A stretch of DNA of 64,000 nucleotides from Aridibacter sp. (GTDB lineage: Bacteria; Acidobacteriota; Blastocatellia; Pyrinomonadales; Pyrinomonadaceae). Positions 17,120 through 27,088 of the stretch are shown here, piece by piece (within the stretch, counting starts at the first letter, position 1; each line of letters begins with the position of its first letter). The stretch is from positions 28,893-92,892 of the forward strand of contig DATKCW010000011.1 in assembly GCA_035513035.1 (NCBI GenBank), read 5' to 3'. Both the position numbers and the translations under genes were made by a program. The notes beneath the pieces are model-generated. The model had not been told where the DNA came from and ran no database searches. It saw only the letters and a program-made list of their open reading frames with translations.

Positions 17120-20088
17120 TTATTATCAAGGGCTCGGCCGGCGTTCAGATTGTCCCAGTTCAGGATCGCGTTGAACACAAGGAAATAGCTGCCCTGCGTT
17201 TCCGCCCTCCAGAAAGGATTGTTCGAGAAAAGGATCACGTGACCCCTTCCGTGCGGCACATCGATCACCGCCGGCGTCTGAGCGATCTCGCCTCCGCCGT
17301 CCAGCAATCCTGACACGAGCAGTCCCTTCGCGTCGCCGTACCGGAGCACGACACGCGGCCTCATCGCCGGAGGTATCACACGGACGCCGTTCCTGAGGTC
17401 GGCTTCGGTGACCGCCTGCGCCTGCCATTTCTCCACCGGAGCCGGAGGTTCGGGGATCTCGTCCGGAGGCCTGTTCTGGACCGTGTCCGGATCTTCCGCC
17501 GAACCGCGTCCCGTCATCCTCGGCCTGTCGCTTGGCGCCCCAAACCCGCGGCCGCCCACGAAATTGCTTACGCCGAAGAAAGGCCCGTTCGCGGCGAAGA
17601 TCGAGAATCCGTCTTGATATCCGTACAGAAGCGGACTTTTTTCATCAACCGTCTTTGAGGCGAGCACGGACCCGGGAAGCCTCAGCTTCGAAGGACTTCG
17701 TTCGGAGACTCCCGGAGCGAAACCGTATTCGACTGCGAAAGACGAAGTATCGCGCGCCGTGATGAACAATCCGCCGTTCGCGACGAAGTCCCGCAGATGC
17801 TTCAGCCCGTTGAATCCAAGCCCCGGACGCATATCGTCCGTCGAATCTATCCGGCCCAGGTTCGGTGTCAGCTCGGTCTGTTTCCAGGGGATAGGATTGC
17901 CGTACATAGGTATTCCCTCGATTATCATCGACGACGCGCCTCTGCCTACCGGCGCGAAGATGATCACGTCGTATTTCGCGCGCAGGTTCGGATCGGCCGC
18001 GGCGTCCTGCGTACTTATGTAGTCGTAGGGAACTTTGAACCGGTCGAACTCGATCCTCCACCAGCCCTCGTCCTGAGTGTTCAGCCACGTATGCATTATC
18101 GCGATCCGAGGGGCGCGGACCGGATGCGTCTTGACCGAAGGCTTCGCGGCGGCGGCCTGAATCCTCAGATCGAGCGCCTGCGCCGTGCGGCTAAGCTCGC
18201 CGCCGTCGACGCCCGTGATGATGAACGAACCGCGGGAGTAATCGCGGCCGCCGGCCTTGAACGGCTCTTCCGCAGCCTCGAACGAGGCTTCGGGGAAACG
18301 GTACCGGAGAGTGACGAGCGTGTTGTCGGCGTTGTGGTTGACGAGGTAAACCGGACCGTTTCCTTCGACGACGCCGGGGACCGTGACGGCTTCGTCGACC
18401 AGATCCATCGACGCATCAAGCACCTTCTGATCGGTGACGCGGACGACCTCGACGTTATTCAGCGCTCCGAACGTCCAGCCGGTGTCGTCGTACACATTCT
18501 CCTGCGGATCGATCGGGGACCAGAACTGCTTGTCGAGCATCATGTCGGCGATGCGGCTGTACGGCTGGTCCATACGGACTAAATAGCTCCCCGCCGGAAA
18601 CTCCCTGGTTTTCTTCTCGCCCTTCTTCTCGCCGGGCACTTCGACAGTGAACGCAGACATCGCACGATGGACCTCGTTTCCCTGAGCCTTGAGAAGATTC
18701 AGCAGCTCCGCCTGGCCGGCGGGTCTTCGTTCGTCGCCCGGGAAAACGTATGCCGCGGGCCCGGCCTGCCGGGGCTTGAGGATAGAGTTCTTCGATTTTT
18801 TATAGAAATTGCCCAGGAAGAACTTGCCGTTCGCGGCGAAATGCGCCAGCGAGACCAGGATCCCTGTCTGCTGGTAGTTGTTGTTGTTCCTCTGCGACCA
18901 GAGTGTCTTCGGATACGGCGGGTTCTGACGATACCAGCGTCGCTCGTATTGCGAAGGCGAGAGTTCGCGCTCGATCGTGTCGGCGCCTCCGTTTCCGAAC
19001 GTCTCATACAAACGGCTGATCCCGTTGTGCGACGCCGCGATGAACATAAGGTAGCTCGGCGACCAGGTATCGAACGTGCCGTGCGCGAACACGCCGGGCA
19101 TTCCGAACTTGGTCATCTCGGCCACATTGTTCCAGCCGATCAGCTGCCATTCGTCGGCGAGGATCGGGTCGATCCAGGCGTTGTAAGGTTCGGTACCGAT
19201 CGTGTTGTCGTAAAGATACGGGACCGATTCGTGCAGGTCGTGGAGGACCTGCACCTTCCAGTCGATGTATGTATTGAGGACGTTACGCGTCAGGTTCAGC
19301 GACAGGGCCATCGAGTCGCGATTGTTGTCGTGTGCGACGTAGTGGCCCCAATAGACCAGGTTCGGCCAGTTTTTGCCGGGGTTTGCGAGATGCCAGTTGT
19401 AGACGTCGACCTGGCGGTCGCGCCCGTCGGTCTCGACGACCGGCGTGATCAGGGTGATCAGGTTGTTGCGTATGTCCTGTATGTACTTGCTCTCGTCAAC
19501 GGCAAGCCTGTACACGAGTTCCATAAGGGCGGTCGGCGATCCGGTCTCCGGCGAATGGATCGCGCCTGTCAGGTAATAGACCGGGACCGTGTCGGCGATT
19601 ATCTTCTCCGCTTCTTCGTCGTTGAGATCGATCTTCCTGGGGTCGGCAAGCTTCGAAAGGCGCTCGCGGTTCGCTTCAAGCTTCGCGAGGTTCGCTTCCG
19701 AAGAAACGGCGACGGCGATCATCTCTCGGCCCTCTTCCGAGGTGCCGATCGAATAGACCTTCACGCGCGGGCTCGCCCTTTCGACCATACGCATATAGTC
19801 GTGGACCTGCTTCGAGTATGGCAGGATTCCCGGCGCGCCCGCGACGTCGCCGAGCAGGGCTTTCGGCGTCGGGACCGAGCTCGATTCCGGAAGGTAATTC
19901 GTCAACGGTGAGTTGAACTCCTTACGGGTCGTGTACTCGTTGATCTTGTCCGTGTATTCGCGGTCGACGGCGACGTTCGGACTGCGTTCGAGGCTCGCCT
20001 GTTTGATAGTCTGCGCGACGAGCGCGGGCGCAACGATCGAAATGACAAGAATAAAGAGAGCGGTGCGTAAAAAGGGATTCGTGTTCAT
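17116..20088 (-). CDS. secreted M14 family zinc carboxypeptidase-like protein (990 aa)
   Basis: Signal peptide. YLTGAIHSPETGSPTALMEL (HxxE) and HDNNRD motifs of large M14-type proteins. Confidence 0.8.
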   Translation of the reverse strand: MNTNPFLRTALFILVISIVAPALVAQTIKQASLERSPNVAVDREYTDKINEYTTRKEFNSPLTNYLPESSSVPTPKALLGDVAGAPGILPYSKQVHDYMRMVERASPRVKVYSIGTSEEGREMIAVAVSSEANLAKLEANRERLSKLADPRKIDLNDEEAEKIIADTVPVYYLTGAIHSPETGSPTALMELVYRLAVDESKYIQDIRNNLITLITPVVETDGRDRQVDVYNWHLANPGKNWPNLVYWGHYVAHDNNRDSMALSLNLTRNVLNTYIDWKVQVLHDLHESVPYLYDNTIGTEPYNAWIDPILADEWQLIGWNNVAEMTKFGMPGVFAHGTFDTWSPSYLMFIAASHNGISRLYETFGNGGADTIERELSPSQYERRWYRQNPPYPKTLWSQRNNNNYQQTGILVSLAHFAANGKFFLGNFYKKSKNSILKPRQAGPAAYVFPGDERRPAGQAELLNLLKAQGNEVHRAMSAFTVEVPGEKKGEKKTREFPAGSYLVRMDQPYSRIADMMLDKQFWSPIDPQENVYDDTGWTFGALNNVEVVRVTDQKVLDASMDLVDEAVTVPGVVEGNGPVYLVNHNADNTLVTLRYRFPEASFEAAEEPFKAGGRDYSRGSFIITGVDGGELSRTAQALDLRIQAAAAKPSVKTHPVRAPRIAIMHTWLNTQDEGWWRIEFDRFKVPYDYISTQDAAADPNLRAKYDVIIFAPVGRGASSMIIEGIPMYGNPIPWKQTELTPNLGRIDSTDDMRPGLGFNGLKHLRDFVANGGLFITARDTSSFAVEYGFAPGVSERSPSKLRLPGSVLASKTVDEKSPLLYGYQDGFSIFAANGPFFGVSNFVGGRGFGAPSDRPRMTGRGSAEDPDTVQNRPPDEIPEPPAPVEKWQAQAVTEADLRNGVRVIPPAMRPRVVLRYGDAKGLLVSGLLDGGGEIAQTPAVIDVPHGRGHVILFSNNPFWRAETQGSYFLVFNAILNWDNLNAGRALDNK

Positions 20089-20267
20089 CGGAAACCTCTC
20101 GGGACGGATTTCGGGCAGAGCCTTTTGAAAGAATCTGCGACCGGCAGCCTGGGGGCGGCTGTAACCCGGTGCGGGAAAGTAGCTTGCGTGTTCGGGGGAA
20201 GGTTAAACCGAGGGGAGGACGTTAGTCAATCGTGAATCGTAAATCGTGAATCGTGAATAGAGTTGGC

Positions 20268-20382
20268 GGAGTCTGTCGGGTCTGTCGAGTCTATCGAGTC
20301 TGTCGGGTCTGTCGAGTCCGTCAAGTCTATCGAATCTGTCGGGTCTGTCGTATCTGGCGGGACTGTAGTGTCTGTCGAGTCG
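20268..20382 (+). repeat. nonamer minisatellite (same family)
   Basis: GTCTGTCGGGTCTGTCGAGTCTATCGAGTCTGTCGGG... Confidence 0.8.
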
Positions 20383-20385
20383 CGA

Positions 20386-20481
20386 GTCCCGTAGGGACGA
20401 CCTGCTTTTAGCCGTGGGTGGAGCGAAGCGAAACCCACGGATCGAGTCGTCCAATCTCCGCGAGCCGCGTAGCGGCGGCAG
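20386..20481 (-). repeat. three-hairpin element (copy 8, only inverted copy)
   Basis: Reverse complement carries GCCGC-TAC-GCGGC, CCGTGGGT..ACCCACGG-CTAAAAGCA, GTCCC-TAC-GGGAC. Confidence 0.7.
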
Positions 20482-20740
20482 GCCGAATTCGCCGTGCTTA
20501 AGGATTGAACCGCAGAGAAGACAAGAAAAAAACAGGACACGGATCTTCACAGATTCTGAAAATAACTCTGGCGCTTGCCGAAAGAGTTATCCTGAAACAT
20601 CCGTGTTGATCCGTGTCCTGTCTCTTCTCTGCGCGCTCTCTGCGGTTGATCTTCTTATTCCCGTCGCTACCGCTCCGGGTACCGATTCCCTCTATTCACG
20701 ATTCACGATTTTCTATTCACGATTCACTATTTACGATCGA

Positions 20741-21637
20741 CTAGTACGTCTGCCCGTCTTCCTTCATCTTCAAAAGGTTCGTGGGCTGGCTCGGGACCCG
20801 GCCGTCGTTCTTGCGCTTCACTGAGAGAGTTCCGCTGACGCTCGACATCCTGATCTGGACGTCGCCGCTGCCCAGCATTCCGTGCATGTCGCGGCCTATG
20901 TACTCGCCCTTCCTTACCGGGAGCCCGAATTCGTTCTCGATCGAACCGCTCAGGCTGTTCGCCTTGATCGTCGCGTTGGCGTCCGAAGGCAGCGTCAGGA
21001 TGACCTGGCCGTTGACGGTCGTCATCTTGATGTCGCTTCCCTGAAGCAGCTGGTCGAAGTCGGCCTCGACGGTCCCGTTCACGGTCGTCAGCTTCACCGG
21101 GCCGCCCAGGTTCATCGCGCGGACCGTTCCGTTCACGGTGGAAGCCTTGGTAGGACCGTCGGCGCCGTCGATCGAAATATCTCCGTTAACGGTGGAAATG
21201 CCGGCCAGATTTGCCGTCCGTGGAACCGTCAGTTCGAATTCGACTTTCAGGTCGTCCGCGCGTTTCCATTCCCTGTCGCCCATACTATCTCTATCCTTGT
21301 AGTCGGCTTTTACATAGAAACTATCTGCGCTCGATTCGACCTTGATATCGACATACTTGAGGTGTTCGGGATTAGACGCGGACTTCACCGCGATCAGACG
21401 CACCTGCGGGCTGTCCCACGTCGTGACCTTGATCGAGCCGTTGATGTTCGCCGCCTTCACGTCGCCGTTGAGGCTGAGCGGATAGGTCTGGTCGAACCGC
21501 TCGTCCTGGATGTTCCGGTTCTGTCGCACGGGGTCGGGCGCGATGTCGCTCGCCGTCACGCTTTTCTCGAGAAGCGCTCCTGTCCCGCAGGCCGCTGTGA
21601 CCACCGCGCAGAAAACTACTGAAAGTAAGTAAGCCAT
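20741..21637 (-). CDS. DUF4097-type putative adhesin lipoprotein
   Basis: Lipobox VVTAAC, repeated TVNG.V / NGSI beta-helix rungs, AGGAGA RBS. Confidence 0.7.
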   Translation of the reverse strand: MAYLLSVVFCAVVTAACGTGALLEKSVTASDIAPDPVRQNRNIQDERFDQTYPLSLNGDVKAANINGSIKVTTWDSPQVRLIAVKSASNPEHLKYVDIKVESSADSFYVKADYKDRDSMGDREWKRADDLKVEFELTVPRTANLAGISTVNGDISIDGADGPTKASTVNGTVRAMNLGGPVKLTTVNGTVEADFDQLLQGSDIKMTTVNGQVILTLPSDANATIKANSLSGSIENEFGLPVRKGEYIGRDMHGMLGSGDVQIRMSSVSGTLSVKRKNDGRVPSQPTNLLKMKEDGQTY

Positions 21638-21719
21638 ATGTTCTCTCCTGAATTATGTTCGGAAAATTGGATGTTCTGCCTGTAGAACACTGCGGAGCGG
21701 GGAATTGTGACAGGGCAAT

Positions 21720-21744
21720 GTAGGGGCGGGACCTGTGCCCGCCC
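21720..21744 (+). repeat. GTAG-REP hairpin
   Basis: GTAGGGGCGGGACCTGTGCCCGCCC. Confidence 0.75.
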
Positions 21745-21745
21745 G

Positions 21746-21910
21746 GTGAGTCCGGCGAGTCGGGAGTCTATCGAGTCTGTTCAGTCTGTTCGGTCTGTCG
21801 AGTCTGTCGGGTCTATAGGGTCCGACGGGTCTGTCGGGTCTAACGGGTCCGTCGGGTCTATCGGGTCTATAGGATCTGACGGGTCTGTCGAGTCTGTCGG
21901 GTCTGTCGGG
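21746..21910 (+). repeat. nonamer minisatellite (same family)
   Basis: GAGTCTATCGAGTCTGTTCAGTCTGTTCGGTCTGTCGAGTCTGTCGGGTC..., immediately after the REP at 21720. Confidence 0.8.
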
Positions 21911-22007
21911 TGAAATGCCCCGAAGGGGCTAAGGATGGTAGCCCTGGTCAATGAAAAAAGCCGGAAGACTCGCGTCTCCCGGCTCGGATTGACTCGCTTT
22001 CCGTCTG

Positions 22008-23018
22008 CTACGCAGACGGCATCGCAGGCGTGTTCGCGTGGAAGACAGGCTTCCACGTGTCGCCGTCCTTCATAAAGATCGTCGAAGTGTAAATGACCTT
22101 GTCGAGCGCCTCGTCTCCGCAGGTGCCGTCCTGGTTTCCCTTGTAGGTCAGGATCACAAAGTTGTCGTTGACCTTCGTTGCCTTTTCTTCGCTGAGAGAC
22201 CAGCTCTTGACTTCGCATTTGTGCTCGCCGATCGACTTGAGTTCCGCTGCTCTGTCAGCTTCGCCGGTTGGGCGCAGCGAAACAAATTCAGCCGCGAGCC
22301 TCTCTTCGAACGGCTTCGTGTCATTCTTGGCAAACGCCTCCCAAAGGGTCTTCTCTATATCGAGAAGCGTCTTCGCAAGTTCTGCGTCGTTTGGAGCGTT
22401 TTCCTTGGGCATAGGTGCCGCTTCGTCGGCAGCCCCTTCAGCCGCGGTCTTGTCTTCCTTCTTGGCCTCGGCGTCGGCTGCGGGCTTCTCTTCATCCTTC
22501 TCGGCATCGTCAGCCTTGGCTTCTTCATTCGCCGGCAACGGAATACCGTGGTAGAAAGCGGCCTTCCACTTATCTCCGTCCTTCACCCAAAGCACCGCGT
22601 ATCGCCCGGCCATCTTCTCCGTCTTGCCGTCGCAGGTTCGCTCGCCCGAACTTTTTCCCGTAAGCAGTGCGACGTCGTCTGACAGTTCATGAACCTTGCG
22701 CTCGGTAGCGGGATCGCTCTTGCTTTCGCATTTGTTGGTCTTTATGAAATGGACGCCCATCGGCTTGTCCATTCGGCCCTGCGGTCCCTGACCCACAAGG
22801 TTGTCGGCGACATTCTCTTCAAAGAACGCGACATTCTTCTTCGACATTTCAACGCCGAACTGGTCGTCGATCTCTTCGATAGCCGCCTGAAGGCTCTTTT
22901 CAGCCTCTTCGCCGTTGGTGTTCGAGCCATTTGTATTGCCGGTTTCCGTTCCCGGCGGACAGGCCGCAAACATCGCGGCGCCGATCGCTATCAGGAGGGT
23001 CAAGAGTAACTGTTTCAT
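22008..23018 (-). CDS. lipoprotein with two NTF2-like (DUF4440/SnoaL-like) domains joined by an E/K/A-rich linker
   Basis: ORF trimmed to MKQLLLTLLIAIGAAMFAAC (AAGGAG RBS). Paralog of 23266..24261. Confidence 0.7.
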   Translation of the reverse strand: MKQLLLTLLIAIGAAMFAACPPGTETGNTNGSNTNGEEAEKSLQAAIEEIDDQFGVEMSKKNVAFFEENVADNLVGQGPQGRMDKPMGVHFIKTNKCESKSDPATERKVHELSDDVALLTGKSSGERTCDGKTEKMAGRYAVLWVKDGDKWKAAFYHGIPLPANEEAKADDAEKDEEKPAADAEAKKEDKTAAEGAADEAAPMPKENAPNDAELAKTLLDIEKTLWEAFAKNDTKPFEERLAAEFVSLRPTGEADRAAELKSIGEHKCEVKSWSLSEEKATKVNDNFVILTYKGNQDGTCGDEALDKVIYTSTIFMKDGDTWKPVFHANTPAMPSA

Positions 23019-23195
23019 TTGTTTTCTCCTTTGTTTAATCACTTCCGATTGGGAACGATATTCGGCCGTAAGGCCAGTGCTGCTTGATCCGGCTGGTTGG
23101 ATCTGTCGATCTGACGCGTGTTGTTGACTGTTGAGCGGAATGATACACGGCGATTCATGATCCGCAAAGCCAAGAGGTTACCGAAAATACAGCAC

Positions 23196-23257
23196 GGGGC
23201 GAGCACAGGTCCCGCCCCTACAAGAGAAGAACTGGCGGGCACAGGTCCCGCCCCTAC
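23196..23257 (-). repeat. GTAG-REP doublet between the NTF2 paralogs
   Basis: Two same-orientation copies, each ending ..GGTCCCGCCCCTAC (23196-23221 and 23234-23257). Confidence 0.75.
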
Positions 23258-23265
23258 TAGCACTT

Positions 23266-24261
23266 CTACATCTTCATCTCTTCCGAGGTGAAGTGCAGGA
23301 CCGGCTTCCAGGAGTCGCCGTCCTTCTGCATTACCGTGCTGACGTACATATTCGGAAAGGGTTGACCGTCGCAAGTGACCTTCGCAGACGCGCTGTAAGT
23401 CAGGATCACAAAATCGTCGTTGACCTTGGTCGCCTTTTCATCCGAAAGCGTGACGCCGCCGCCCTCGCACTTATGTTCGCCGATGAAATCGAGCTCGGTC
23501 GCTCGGTCCCTGATGCCCGCGGAATTGATCGCGTGAAAGTTCGGGCCAAGCTTTTCCTCGAACAGCTTCTTGTCGTGCTTCAGCCACGCATCCCAGAGGC
23601 TCTTCTCCGTTTCCATCAGAGTCTTGGCGAGCTCGGGATCGTTCGGAATGTTCGGCTTCGCGGGAGCTTCTTCTTCCTTTGCCTCTTCTTTCTCCTCGGG
23701 AACAGGCCTCTTTGCGGCCCCGGTGTCAGATCCTTCTGGCTTCGCAGGCTCTTCCTTGGCGTCCTCGCTCGGAGGGATCGCGGCGCTCTGGTAATATGCC
23801 GCCTTCCAGGTGTCGCCTTCTTTTATATAAAGCGTGGCGAAATACTCCTCGGGTATCTTGTTGCCGTCGCAGGTCCCGTCGATCGAGTTCTTGCCGGCAA
23901 GGATAGCCGCGGTGTCTGAGAGTTCGACGGTTTTGTAGCCGGAAGTGGCGGTCGACTTAACTTCGCACGGATTCTTAGCTATCCCGTTAAGCGACATGGC
24001 CTTGTCGGCAAAGCCGAAGTTTCCTCCTCCCACAAAATTGTCGGTCATAAAACCCTCAAAATACTTGGAGTCCTTGTTCTTCCAGGCCTCGCCGGCTTTC
24101 TGGTCAAGCTCGGTGAGCGTGGCTTCGAGGGTCTTTTCGGTCGTTGCGTCATTGGCGCCGCTGTTGTCGCCGGTGTTCGCGCCTGTTTCTCCCGCCGGAG
24201 GGCAGGCGGTGAATGAAAGAACGGCAAAACAGATTACGAGTATTCCGATCATCTTCGACAT
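23266..24261 (-). CDS. lipoprotein with two NTF2-like domains (tandem paralog)
   Basis: MSKMIGILVICFAVLSFTAC lipobox. Same architecture and many conserved blocks (TCDG, GDxWKAAxYH, LAKTLxxxEKxLWxA) as 22008..23018. Confidence 0.7.
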   Translation of the reverse strand: MSKMIGILVICFAVLSFTACPPAGETGANTGDNSGANDATTEKTLEATLTELDQKAGEAWKNKDSKYFEGFMTDNFVGGGNFGFADKAMSLNGIAKNPCEVKSTATSGYKTVELSDTAAILAGKNSIDGTCDGNKIPEEYFATLYIKEGDTWKAAYYQSAAIPPSEDAKEEPAKPEGSDTGAAKRPVPEEKEEAKEEEAPAKPNIPNDPELAKTLMETEKSLWDAWLKHDKKLFEEKLGPNFHAINSAGIRDRATELDFIGEHKCEGGGVTLSDEKATKVNDDFVILTYSASAKVTCDGQPFPNMYVSTVMQKDGDSWKPVLHFTSEEMKM

Positions 24262-24424
24262 AGATGTTCTCCTTATGCTCCGCAGGAAGCATCCTGGTTT
24301 TCGATAGGACGCATAGACGGATGGCTCCGGGGATCGGAGCTGAATCCCGTAAAGCGTCCTGTTTCGTTTTCCCCTTGGATGTTGAGAAATGATACACGAA
24401 TCCTGTCCAAGGGCAAGAGGATTT

Positions 24425-24705
24425 CGAGTCGGGAGCCTATCGAGTCTATCGAGTCGGGAGTCTTTAGGATCAGTTAGTCCGCGTAGCGGACCTTATAGAC
24501 TCTATGGACTCGATAGACTCGCCAGACTCTCCAGACCCGACACGTGACCTGGAATTTTTCGCTTCGCTCAATGCGGGCAGGCTGCCCGCGCTCCAGTCAG
24601 AAACTCGCGAACCGACGGACTCGACCATCTTTGCCAACACACCAAACTCAGCAAACTCACTGAACTCGGCAAACTCAGTACAACTCGCCAGACCCGACAG
24701 ACCCC
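24425..24705 (-). repeat. degenerate nonamer runs plus the same 45 bp word
   Basis: Read directly. Fills the gap between the NTF2 paralog and ggt. Confidence 0.65.
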
Positions 24706-24709
24706 AAAC

Positions 24710-26557
24710 TCACCAGGCGATCCCGTAGTCGTCCCCGTGATGGCTCGAGCCGCCCCACATCGTACCGTGCTCGCGGTCGAAGTAGATCGCGTTGATCGGT
24801 CCCGAGGTCCGCTCTTGAAACCGCAGATCATAGCCCGCAAGGACCAGCTCCCTTCGGATCCAGTCAGGGACCGAATCCGCAAGCAACAGTCGGCCCGGGA
24901 TCGACTCGTGGTCACCGAACGAGCTCTTCATCTGGTAACTGTTTATGTTCGCCGCCTCCGCCGCCTGCTGAACGTTCATTCCGAATTCGACGACGTTGAG
25001 GAAGAACTGAAGAAGGTTCTGGTCCTGGCCGTCTCCGCCCTGGACCGAGAACGAAAGGAACGGTTTGCCGTCCTTCAGAGCGAGCGAAGGCGTTAAGGTG
25101 ACGCGGGGCTGTTTGCCGGGAGCGATCACGTTGAAGGGATTGTTGCGCGCGTCGAGGTCAAAGCTCTGCGCCCTCTGGCTTAGGCCGACGCCCGTTCTTC
25201 CGGCGATAACTGCGGGGACCCAGCCGCCGCTCGGGGTCACCGACACGACCCATCCTTCCTTGTCGGCCGCCTGGATGGTCGTGGTCCCGGCGTAGAACGA
25301 CTCTAGGAATTTCGCTTCCGCGACCTCTCCTTCGGCAGGCTTCTTAACTCCCCAGTCTTTCAAGAGATTCGTGTAAGGATTCGTTTCTCCCTGAAAGGGA
25401 TACGGGTCGCCGGGCTTCACATTCGGATCGTTCTTGTCCGGGTGCATCTGCTTCAAACGCGCCTTCGCGTATTCCTTAGAGAGAAGGCCCTCGATAGGCT
25501 CGGCAGGCGGGAAGGCAGGATCGCCGTAATAGAAATCGCGGTCGGCGTAGGCGAGGTTCATCGTCTGGTAAAGCGTGTGGATGTAGCGGGAGCTGTTATA
25601 TCCCATCGACTTCAGATCGAGATTCTCAAGGATGTTCAGCGCCTGGAGCATCACGGGACCCTGTGTCCAGTGCGTCAGCTTGTAAACGTCGATCCGCCTG
25701 TAGCTGGTCTGGACGGGCTCTTCGAACTTCACCTTCCAACCGGCGAGATCCTCCATCGTGATCAAAGCGCCCTCTTCCCTTGCCCCCCGGACGAACTCAC
25801 GTCCGATGTCCCCCTTGTAAAATCGTTCGTGAGCAGCGTAGATCGCTTCCTTTCGCGACTTGCCCTGCTTAAGAGCCTCGGCCTCAGCCTCAACCAACTT
25901 CTTCAACGTTGCGGCGAGGTCCGGCTGGCGGAAGATCTCGCCGGGCTGCGGCGCTTCCTGCTCTTTGCCGGCGTTCGGGAGCATCACCTCGCGCGAGTAC
26001 TTCCACTGTTTGAGCTTGTCTTTCTCGCGTTCGATCCGCATCGAGGTGTCCTCTTCCATCGGATAGCCTTCGGCCATCTGGATCGACGGCTCGAGGACGT
26101 CTTTCAGGCTTAGGGTGCCGTGCTCGGCGAGCATCGCGAATATGCCGCCGGGCGTTCCCGGCGTGACGGCGGCAAGAGGCCCGTACTCGGGCGGAAAGCT
26201 CTTGAACCCCTTCGAGGCGTAGTGCTCGACGGTGGCCCCCGTCGGCGCGACGCCGAGCGCGTTGACCCCGATCACCTTCTTCGTGTTCGGGTTGTAGATC
26301 AGCGCCTGCGTCTCGCCTCCCCAGCTCAAAACGTCCCACATCGTCGAAGTGGCCCCGATCATCGCGCAGGCGGCATCGACGGCGTTGCCGCCTTTCTGGA
26401 ACATCATCGCTCCGGCGGTCGCCGCGAGCGGCTTGCCTGTGATGGCGACCCAGTGGCGGCCGTGAAGGACGGGTTTGGCAGTTCGTTGGGCAGAAAGGGG
26501 TTCGTTAAAGGTCATGGCGAGAAGTACGATCGCAGCGATCGGTTTGAGAAGTTTCAT
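24710..26557 (-). CDS. ggt: gamma-glutamyltransferase family protein
   Basis: 615 aa with signal peptide. GGNAVDAA block and autoprocessing-site region YAGTTTIQAADKEGW. Confidence 0.85.
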   Translation of the reverse strand: MKLLKPIAAIVLLAMTFNEPLSAQRTAKPVLHGRHWVAITGKPLAATAGAMMFQKGGNAVDAACAMIGATSTMWDVLSWGGETQALIYNPNTKKVIGVNALGVAPTGATVEHYASKGFKSFPPEYGPLAAVTPGTPGGIFAMLAEHGTLSLKDVLEPSIQMAEGYPMEEDTSMRIEREKDKLKQWKYSREVMLPNAGKEQEAPQPGEIFRQPDLAATLKKLVEAEAEALKQGKSRKEAIYAAHERFYKGDIGREFVRGAREEGALITMEDLAGWKVKFEEPVQTSYRRIDVYKLTHWTQGPVMLQALNILENLDLKSMGYNSSRYIHTLYQTMNLAYADRDFYYGDPAFPPAEPIEGLLSKEYAKARLKQMHPDKNDPNVKPGDPYPFQGETNPYTNLLKDWGVKKPAEGEVAEAKFLESFYAGTTTIQAADKEGWVVSVTPSGGWVPAVIAGRTGVGLSQRAQSFDLDARNNPFNVIAPGKQPRVTLTPSLALKDGKPFLSFSVQGGDGQDQNLLQFFLNVVEFGMNVQQAAEAANINSYQMKSSFGDHESIPGRLLLADSVPDWIRRELVLAGYDLRFQERTSGPINAIYFDREHGTMWGGSSHHGDDYGIAW

Positions 26558-26713
26558 AATGAGTTCCTAGACTTGGTTAGAAGGCGCCTTGGACCGCGGG
26601 CGACCCGCCCGCAAGTCCGAGTCATGAGTAATGAGTGATGAGTGACGAGGAAAGCCATTCGATTCGATCGTCCGAAGGAAATTCAATGCCGCGGGCGACC
26701 CGCCCGCATCTGC

Positions 26714-26808
26714 GTCGCCGCTACGCGGCTCGGAATAATATTTTTCGCCTAACCTGGGGCTGCGCCTTCGGCTTGCCCCGGGTTACCATCCGTAGCCGCT
26801 CCGCGGCA
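26714..26808 (+). repeat. three-hairpin element (copy 9)
   Basis: Hairpin 2 is CCTGGGGC..GCCCCGGG; hairpin 3 is GCCGC-TCC-GCGGC. Confidence 0.65.
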
Positions 26809-26936
26809 TTTCTTTGGCTAGTGGTCAATGGTCATTGGTCAATGTTTTTGCCCGTCGCTACCGCTCCGGGTACCGATTTATGCCGTCCGCTTCGCGGACT
26901 GAAGAACTCACCGAACCCCCTGACATTTTTTTTCAT

Positions 26937-27034
26937 GCCGCCGCTAAAGCGGCTCCGTATCCGTGTCTCCCTATCCCCGTGGGTTGCGCCCTTCGGGCTT
27001 ACCCACGGCTAAAAGCAGGTCGTCGCTTCGCGAC
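26937..27034 (+). repeat. three-hairpin element (copy 10)
   Basis: GCCGC-TAAA-GCGGC, CCGTGGGT..ACCCACGG-CTAAAAGCA, GTCGC-TTC-GCGAC. Confidence 0.7.
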
Positions 27035-27088
27035 TCAACAGACCGAACAGACTGAATAGACTCAATCGACTGAATAGACTGACCAGAC

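Larger units (their letters stand above)
20226..20738. repeat. ~510 bp intergenic mosaic bounded by inverted AATCGTG heptamer runs (MITE-like outline)
   Basis: Left end ..AATCGTGAATCGTGAATAGAG (to 20262). The right end CTCTATTCACGATTCACGATT (from 20689) is its reverse complement. The interior holds nonamers, element copy 8 and a ~90 bp nested palindrome (20531-20622). Confidence 0.55.
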
